Part shown: piece by piece, positions 57,979 through 64,000 of the stretch
Layout of the letters: every line of letters begins with the position of its first letter
How positions within the stretch are numbered: position 1 is the first letter of the stretch
Assembly (NCBI GenBank): GCA_965238005.1
Contig: OZ250165.1
Coordinates: 4,192,001-4,256,000, forward strand
Length of the DNA stretch: 64,000 bases
Source: Longimicrobiales bacterium
Lineage (GTDB): Bacteria; Gemmatimonadota; Gemmatimonadetes; Longimicrobiales; Gaopeijiaceae
Direction: 5' to 3'
Notes under the pieces: model-generated
Told to the model about the DNA's origin: nothing
Database searches by the model: none
Seen by the model: only the letters and a program-made list of their open reading frames with translations
Position numbers and translations under genes: made by a program

Positions 57979-58019
57979 TTACTTCTCCCGCTATAGCTCT
58001 TCTCGCGTGATGCGAGTCT

Positions 58020-59048
58020 CTATCGAAAGACCGAGAACCGGACACGGGTGCCGAACTGGAACCGGCTGTCGTACTCGTGCTGGGTTCCGTTGAGGTCCTG
58101 CACGATGGGAAACTGGACCGAGCCCTCGAACAACAACCACGGTGTCGGAACCCACTGAAGATCCGGACTCAGGAACAGCAGGTGGCCTCCGGAGTCCGGA
58201 TCCGAGGCGCCGTCGACCTTGTTCCTCGCCGCTACCTCTCCGTTCAGCTCCAGGTAGAGGACGAACGTCTGGTCGGTGATGCTCTCGTAGACCCACGGAG
58301 CGAAGCGGAGGGCGGCGGCGACATCGTAGCTGAAGACATTGCCCGCTTTGAATCCGCCGTCCGTGGTCTTGATCCGGTAGCCCACGTTGGCCAGAAGCCC
58401 CTGGCGGCGCTGCGTCATGGTGAGCAGCGCCTTGAAGGGAAAGTCCCAGGCACCGGAACCCACCTGGAGCGGCCGTGGGGCGAGGGTGCCGTCAGGCAAC
58501 ATGGCGCTGGTCTTGCCCAAGGGAATCTTGACTCCGCCTTCGATCCCCAACCGCGTCGTGCCCCCCAGGCGGTTCTTGCTGAGGAAGATCCACTTGGTGT
58601 CCACGACCACGTCGCCCACCCCGTTGGTCGTATAGTTTAGGCGCCCGCCGTCAGGTGTCGTGAAGTCCATGGACTTGCGCACGAACGGCACGATCACACG
58701 CGTGGTCCACATGGGCGTGATGGCGAACGGCAGGACCGCTACCGGCTGAACGAAGACGTTGATGTCGCGCTCCATCGGGTCCGTGATCTCGTCTCCGTCC
58801 CGCAGCAGGCCGTACCGACCCAGGAATGATCCGAACGTACGTGCCGCGGATTCTTCGAAGCCGGTTGTGATCGCGGTCTCGGTGTGGAACGGCAGCGCCT
58901 GGGCTGAAAGGCCTGCGGAAGTCAGCAGGACTGCCGCCGACAGCCCCGCGACAAGCCCGGACGCCATTCGGACGCACGCGTTGTGACGTCCAGCGTGTTC
59001 CAGTTTGCCAGGGCCTGACCGCGTTCGATTGTTAACCATCGAATTCAT
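58020..59048 (-). CDS. Outer-membrane beta-barrel transporter (phenol MetA-like)
   Basis: Signal peptide; GVGDV, LQVGSGAWD, DSGG..LFLSP; C-terminal aromatic strand; start uncertain. Confidence 0.7.
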   Translation of the reverse strand: MNSMVNNRTRSGPGKLEHAGRHNACVRMASGLVAGLSAAVLLTSAGLSAQALPFHTETAITTGFEESAARTFGSFLGRYGLLRDGDEITDPMERDINVFVQPVAVLPFAITPMWTTRVIVPFVRKSMDFTTPDGGRLNYTTNGVGDVVVDTKWIFLSKNRLGGTTRLGIEGGVKIPLGKTSAMLPDGTLAPRPLQVGSGAWDFPFKALLTMTQRRQGLLANVGYRIKTTDGGFKAGNVFSYDVAAALRFAPWVYESITDQTFVLYLELNGEVAARNKVDGASDPDSGGHLLFLSPDLQWVPTPWLLFEGSVQFPIVQDLNGTQHEYDSRFQFGTRVRFSVFR

Positions 59049-59132
59049 CTAGCTCCACGTTACGTCGGTCGTACTCCACTGAAACTCCCCTGCAAGCACC
59101 GGCAAGCAGACGGGCTCCCTTGCGCTGCTGGC

Positions 59133-59164
59133 AAGGTAAACCTTAGAGCTTACTCCAAGGTAGA
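59133..59164 (-). promoter_or_regulatory. MerR-type promoter/operator for the channel-permease-HMA operon
   Basis: ACCTTAGAG-CTTA-CTCCAAGGT (59140-59161); TCTACC-N20-TACCTT on the minus strand. Confidence 0.72.
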
Positions 59165-59433
59165 GGCCCTGTCCGAACGCTGCTCGTGATGATCGTTCCC
59201 TACACCAGCGTCGCGTGGCTCGGGCAGGCCTCGGCCAGGCGTCGGACGACTGGCTTGCGCGAGAGCGTTCCGCCCACGGTTGTATGAGCAAGACGATGCA
59301 CGACGCGAGCGAGCCCGCGAGTAAGTGGTAGGGCGAAATGGCGATGTCTTCGGACGTGACTTCAAAGCCCTCTCCAGCCATCTCCAGCCATCTCCAGCCG
59401 AATCTTCAATTCACCTTCCAGAATCATCCTCAT
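59150..59433 (-). pseudogene. Degraded OsmC-like gene
   Basis: GAGG RBS and ATG; SPYHLLAGSLASC and, in another frame, LAEACPSHATL; 10-bp tandem duplication at 59371-59400 causes a frameshift. Confidence 0.65.
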
Positions 59434-59454
59434 TGCTCACCTCTCAGTTCTCAT

Positions 59455-61938
59455 TCACTCACGAACCGGCACATGGCCATTGCCATCGACGTGTTCGGTT
59501 CGCTGCACCCGGAAACCCGCGTTCGCCAACACTTCGGCGAGGCGCTCGCCGGCCTCCGCACCCCCCTCCCAGTCCACCCGTACCTCCTTGGTCTGAGGAT
59601 CCGCGGCCACGTCGGTCACTTCCTCGAGCCCGCCGAGGCGATCCTGGATGGTTCGGGCACAGCCCTCGCAGTGCATGTCCGGCACCTGAAGCAACAGCTT
59701 GGTCGGCGTCACTTCACGCTCGTCCGGTGGAGCCACCGGAGCTTCCTCCGCACCGTCAGCGCGACCTAGGAGCCTCCCCCAGAAGGAGTTTGCCAACACG
59801 GTGCTGACGCTCGCGACCATCGCGACCATCGCCCAGATGGGATGCACGACTCCCGTCGCGGCCAAGGGGATACCTACGCCGTTGAATGCGAACGCCAGGG
59901 TCAGGTTCTGCACGGTCTTCCGGTACGAGGTGCGACCGATGGCGATGGCGTCGCTCACCCCCTCTAGTCGGCTGTGGATGAGCACGACATCGGCCGACTC
60001 GATGGCGATGTCTGTCCCGGCACCGATCGCGATCCCCACGTCGGCCTGCGTGAGTGCCGGCGCGTCGTTGATCCCGTCGCCCACCATGGCCACGCGAACG
60101 CCGGTCGCCTGGAGCTCGCGGATCTTGGCCGCTTTCTCCTCGGGCAACACTTCGGCGATCACATTCTCGATCCCGATCTCGCGTGCCACGATGGCGGCTG
60201 TCTGCCGGTTGTCGCCGGTTAGCATCGTCGGCTCAATACCAGCCTGCTTCAGGCGCGTGATCGCCTCCGCGGCGCCGTCCTTGACCGTGTCGGCGATGGC
60301 AATGAGTCCGATGACCTGTCCGCTTCGCGCGACGCCTACGACGGTCTGCCCACGGCCCTCAAGCTCGTCGAGCGTCTCTCGGGCGCCGGCATGAAACTGG
60401 ACCTCGCGTTCTTCGAGCAGCTTGCGACATCCCACGACGATGCGTTCGCCGGCCACCTGGGCCACCACGCCCCGGCCGGTCACGGACTCGAACGAATCGG
60501 GCGCCTCAACGTCGAGGCCCCAGTGCTCGGCATGGGCCACAATCGCTTGGCCCAGGAAGTGTTCGGACAGCAGTTCGGCAGAGGCGGCCACGCCGAGGAC
60601 GTCGTGTCTCGACACGTCGCCAACGGCTACCACATCCACCACAGCGGGATCGCCCTCGGTAATGGTGCCGGTCTTATCCAGCACGACCGCGCTAACGTCT
60701 TTCATGATCTGGAACGCCTCGGCGCTCCGGATGAGCACGCCCCGCTCGGCGGCCAACCCGCCGCCGCGAATGAGCGCGAGTGGCGTCGCCATCCCGAGGG
60801 CGCACGGATAGCCCATGACCAACACGCTGAGCGCAGCGAAGATCGCTCGCGTCCAGTCCGGCGAGCCCATTACGATCCACGCGCCGGCGGTCCAGATGAG
60901 GAAGGCTAGGGCAGACACCGCCAGCACGCCGGGCACGAAGTACGTGAGGATCGCGTCGACGAGCTGAATGATGCCCGGCTTCATCGCGCGCGCTTCCTGC
61001 ACATGCTTGGCCACCCGGCGGAGGAAGGTCTCCTCGCCCACGCGGGTGACTTCGATCAGGAGCGAGCCGGCTTTATTCACCGAACCGCCGATCGCCTCAG
61101 CACCCGGCGCCTTCTCGACGGGCAGTGGCTCTCCGGTCACGATCGACTCGTCCACGGCGGAGAAACCGTCGACCACCTTCCCATCCCCGGGAATGCGCTC
61201 GCCCGGACGTACCCGCACGCGATCGCCCACCCGGATCTCTTCGATAGGGACCTCGATCTCGTCGCCGTCCCGGATCACGCGCGCCGTGTCCGGCTGGAGC
61301 TCCAGCAGCTTGCGCACAGCCTCCTGGCTCCGGGCCCGAACGGTGGTGGAGACGTAGCCACTCAGAAGGTGGTACGTCATGAGAAAGGTCGCGGCCACGA
61401 AGAAGTCGGCGGGAAAGGCGGGAGCAACGAATCCCAGCAACCCCGCGACGTAGGCACCCGACGCACCAAAGGACAGCAGCACGTGCTGGTTGAAGATCCG
61501 CCGCCGCAGGCTGCCCCACGCCATGCGGAGGACGTGCGAGCCCACCCCGAAGACGGCGACCGTCGCGATGGCGGCCTGAAGGATACGACTTCCCGGGAGG
61601 TGGACACCGAACCACATCAGCGCCATCAACACGATGGCGACTGTGGCAAGTGCGGCGTTCACAAAGAGCTTACGCCTCTCGCGCCGCAACTCCTCCTGCT
61701 GCTCTTCGTACGCCCGCACCCGGTTCGGATCTCGGACGGTGTAGCCCAGGTCGCGCAGCACGTCTTTCACACGTGCTTCATCGATTCGCTCGGCGTCGTA
61801 CTCGATCAGCGCCTCTTCGTGAGCCACGCTGACGGCGGCGTTCACGACCCCTTCCGTGTTCTCGAAGGCGCGGTGGATGCTCTCCTGGCAGAAGGAGCAG
61901 TGCATCCCGCCGACATTGATCTGCAGTTTGTTGGTCAT
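59455..61938 (-). CDS. Heavy-metal P1B-type ATPase with N- and C-terminal HMA domains and a YPC motif
   Basis: GMHCSFC, TGE, YPCALG, DKTGT, GDGINDAP, DMHCEGC. Confidence 0.95.
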   Translation of the reverse strand: MTNKLQINVGGMHCSFCQESIHRAFENTEGVVNAAVSVAHEEALIEYDAERIDEARVKDVLRDLGYTVRDPNRVRAYEEQQEELRRERRKLFVNAALATVAIVLMALMWFGVHLPGSRILQAAIATVAVFGVGSHVLRMAWGSLRRRIFNQHVLLSFGASGAYVAGLLGFVAPAFPADFFVAATFLMTYHLLSGYVSTTVRARSQEAVRKLLELQPDTARVIRDGDEIEVPIEEIRVGDRVRVRPGERIPGDGKVVDGFSAVDESIVTGEPLPVEKAPGAEAIGGSVNKAGSLLIEVTRVGEETFLRRVAKHVQEARAMKPGIIQLVDAILTYFVPGVLAVSALAFLIWTAGAWIVMGSPDWTRAIFAALSVLVMGYPCALGMATPLALIRGGGLAAERGVLIRSAEAFQIMKDVSAVVLDKTGTITEGDPAVVDVVAVGDVSRHDVLGVAASAELLSEHFLGQAIVAHAEHWGLDVEAPDSFESVTGRGVVAQVAGERIVVGCRKLLEEREVQFHAGARETLDELEGRGQTVVGVARSGQVIGLIAIADTVKDGAAEAITRLKQAGIEPTMLTGDNRQTAAIVAREIGIENVIAEVLPEEKAAKIRELQATGVRVAMVGDGINDAPALTQADVGIAIGAGTDIAIESADVVLIHSRLEGVSDAIAIGRTSYRKTVQNLTLAFAFNGVGIPLAATGVVHPIWAMVAMVASVSTVLANSFWGRLLGRADGAEEAPVAPPDEREVTPTKLLLQVPDMHCEGCARTIQDRLGGLEEVTDVAADPQTKEVRVDWEGGAEAGERLAEVLANAGFRVQRTEHVDGNGHVPVRE

Positions 61939-61969
61939 CAGACTCTCCCGGTCATTCCGACTTCTAGCC

Positions 61970-62001
61970 AATCTAAACCTTGGAGTTTACTCAAGAGTCA
62001 A
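61970..62001 (-). promoter_or_regulatory. MerR-type promoter of the ATPase
   Basis: TTGACT-N20-TAGATT with operator ACCTTGGAG-TTTA-CTCAAGAGT (61977-61998). Confidence 0.85.
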
Positions 62002-62057
62002 GGCCTCGCATGGACCTACAGATTGGGCCCCAGAGTCCCGCCCTTGCTGTCGTAATA

Positions 62058-62079
62058 ACCTTTGTGTATACTCCAAGGT
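62058..62079. promoter_or_regulatory. Third MerR operator, probably autoregulatory
   Basis: ACCTTTGTG-TATA-CTCCAAGGT upstream of the regulator gene. Confidence 0.7.
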
Positions 62080-62115
62080 TCTAAGATGCGTCGCGCTACA
62101 CTTGGAGGACACGAA

Positions 62116-62508
62116 ATGCGGATTGGAGAGCTCGCGAAGTCGGCGGGAGTGACTCCCGACACTATTAGGTATTACGAGCGTGAAGGACTGCTGCCTCTCG
62201 CAGACCGCACGCCGAGCGGTTACCGGGACTACGGGCTGGAGGTGGTCGACGACCTGCGATTCATCAAGAAGGCGCAAGCGCTAGGGCTCAAGCTGGGTGA
62301 CGTCCGCGAGGTCCTGGAAATCTCTGCGGGGGGGAAACCACCGTGCGAGCACGTGCGCGCGACCGTCAGCGCACGGCTCACGGAGGTAGAGCAGCGGCTA
62401 AAGGACCTCAGGGCGCTGCGCTCAACGCTGCGCGAGACGCTGGAACGCCTCGATCGTGCGCCGCCGCCAAAGGCAGGATGCCGCTGCGCGGTGATCGAAT
62501 CGGCTTAG
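62116..62508 (+). CDS. Metal-responsive MerR-family regulator
   Basis: MRIGELAK...TIRYYE..GLL...GYR.Y; C77, C122, C124; GGAGG RBS. Confidence 0.93.
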   Translation: MRIGELAKSAGVTPDTIRYYEREGLLPLADRTPSGYRDYGLEVVDDLRFIKKAQALGLKLGDVREVLEISAGGKPPCEHVRATVSARLTEVEQRLKDLRALRSTLRETLERLDRAPPPKAGCRCAVIESA

Positions 62509-62526
62509 AGACCGCCGCCGGGCACC

Positions 62527-64000
62527 CTACATGGTCACCTCCCTCCTCCGCCACAGGTAGTACAGCACCGGAATCACCAGCAACGTGAGCACCGACGAGG
62601 TGATCATGCCCCCGATCATCGGGGCGGCGATCCTCTGTATGACGGACGCTCCCGACCCGTGAGCCCACATGAGGGGAAGCAGTCCGGCAACGATGGCGGC
62701 GACGGTCATGAGCACGGGTCGAACCCGCCCCACGGCTCCTTCCCTGATGGCGGCCATCAGCCCCTCGATGCCCACCGGCCCCGAGACTGTGGCCTGGCTC
62801 CAGGCCTGATCCAGGTACAGGAGCATCACCACACCGGTCTGCGCCGCGAGACCCCCCAATGCGATGAAGCCGACCGCCACGGCTACCGAGAAATCATAGT
62901 CCAGTACCCACATGAGCCATACGCCTCCAACCAGCGCGAAGGGTAGGGAGAACATGACGATTCCCACTTCGGCCATATTGAGAAAGTTGAAGTAGAGCAG
63001 CAGCGCTATGATCCCCAGCGTGACCGGAACCATGATCATCAGTCGCGCCTTGACTCGCTCCATCGCCTCGTACTGCCCGCTCCACTCAAGGCGGTAACCA
63101 GCGGGCAGGGTGAGTCGCTCGTCGACCAGGCGGCGCGCTTCCGCCACGTAGCTGCCCACATCGCGATCACGCACGTCGATGAACACCATCCCGACGAGCT
63201 GTCCGTTCTCGCTCTTGATCACCGGAGCACCGGCGCTGAATCCCACTTCGGCGAGCTGGCTCAGGGACACCTGCGGTCCGGCCGGCGTGGCCACGAGCAC
63301 CTGGCTGAGGCGGGAGAGGTCGTCGCGTAATTCCCGAGCATACCTCACCTGCACCGGATACCGTTCTCGCCCTTCCACCGTCGTCGTCACGTTCCGGCCT
63401 CCCACAGCCGTCGCGACCACGTTCTGAACGTCTCCCACACTCAGGCCGTATCGTGCCAACGCCTTCCTGTCCGGCCGGATATCGAGGTAGCGGCCGCCAA
63501 AGGACCGTTCCGCGAAGATGCTGGCGGTTCCCTCCAGCGGCGCGAGCAACGCTTCGATTTCAGCTCCGACGGCTTGGATGGTCACGAGGTCCGGCCCGAA
63601 CACCTTGACTCCCAGCGTGGTGCGGATGCCGGTCGAGAGCATGTCGGTCCGGTTCTTGATGGGCATCGTCCAGCTGTTGATCAGCCCGGTGAAACGAAGC
63701 TCTCGGTCCATCTTGGCGATGAGCTGCTCCTGGGTGAGCCGTTCGGGCCACTCGGCGGGGTCTTTGAGGTTGACGATGGTCTCCACCATGGAGAGAGGCG
63801 CCGGGTCGGTGGCGGAGTTCACCCGGCCCACCTTCCCCCAGACCGACTCCACTTCGGGAAAGGTCATCAGAATACTGTCTTGACGCTGTAGTAGCCGCCT
63901 TTGCTCGCCAATGGAGATGCCCGGGATCGAGTTGGGCATGTACATGAGCGATCCCTCGTCGAGCGGGGGCATGAACTCGCTCCCCAGGCGCGTGAGCGGC
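62527..64000 (-). CDS. cusA: CusA/SilA-type heavy-metal RND efflux permease (5' end outside the window)
   Basis: EFMPPLDEG, DPAPLSMVET, MPIKNRTDML.TG, RVRPVLMT, IAAPMIGG. Confidence 0.9.
   Translation of the reverse strand, partial: PLTRLGSEFMPPLDEGSLMYMPNSIPGISIGEQRRLLQRQDSILMTFPEVESVWGKVGRVNSATDPAPLSMVETIVNLKDPAEWPERLTQEQLIAKMDRELRFTGLINSWTMPIKNRTDMLSTGIRTTLGVKVFGPDLVTIQAVGAEIEALLAPLEGTASIFAERSFGGRYLDIRPDRKALARYGLSVGDVQNVVATAVGGRNVTTTVEGRERYPVQVRYARELRDDLSRLSQVLVATPAGPQVSLSQLAEVGFSAGAPVIKSENGQLVGMVFIDVRDRDVGSYVAEARRLVDERLTLPAGYRLEWSGQYEAMERVKARLMIMVPVTLGIIALLLYFNFLNMAEVGIVMFSLPFALVGGVWLMWVLDYDFSVAVAVGFIALGGLAAQTGVVMLLYLDQAWSQATVSGPVGIEGLMAAIREGAVGRVRPVLMTVAAIVAGLLPLMWAHGSGASVIQRIAAPMIGGMITSSVLTLLVIPVLYYLWRRREVTM

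Overview
High-GC bacterial chromosomal window of about 50 genes. Gene content (Acidobacteria-type PadR remnant, HEAT + HD-GYP pair, DUF4837/DUF2911/EcxA-like secreted proteins) suggests Gemmatimonadota or a relative; this is inference only. From left to right: an NHEJ locus (Ku, LigD) with a co-oriented MerR-HTH/TPR gene; secreted hydrolases; two RidA proteins with export signals; msrA; a GT2-YdjC-2x methyltransferase-GT-C envelope-modification operon; a PLP decarboxylase-DUF1326-DUF2182 cluster; an ActP-like symporter; a frameshifted PQQ sugar dehydrogenase with an intact IS1182-family element at its stop codon; dnaE; sahR-ahcY with a visible operator; HEAT + degenerate HD-GYP; and Gfo/Idh/MocA + DUF1080. 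The right end is a heavy-metal island. There, one MerR regulator appears to control, through three 22-bp operators, an atypical YPC-motif P1B ATPase and an outer-membrane channel / Cys-free permease / periplasmic HMA operon, next to a CusA-type RND pump. Two copies of a small CTAG-targeting MITE and several gene remnants are also visible. No tRNA, rRNA or CRISPR array was recognised. All calls come from motif reading; no database search was run.
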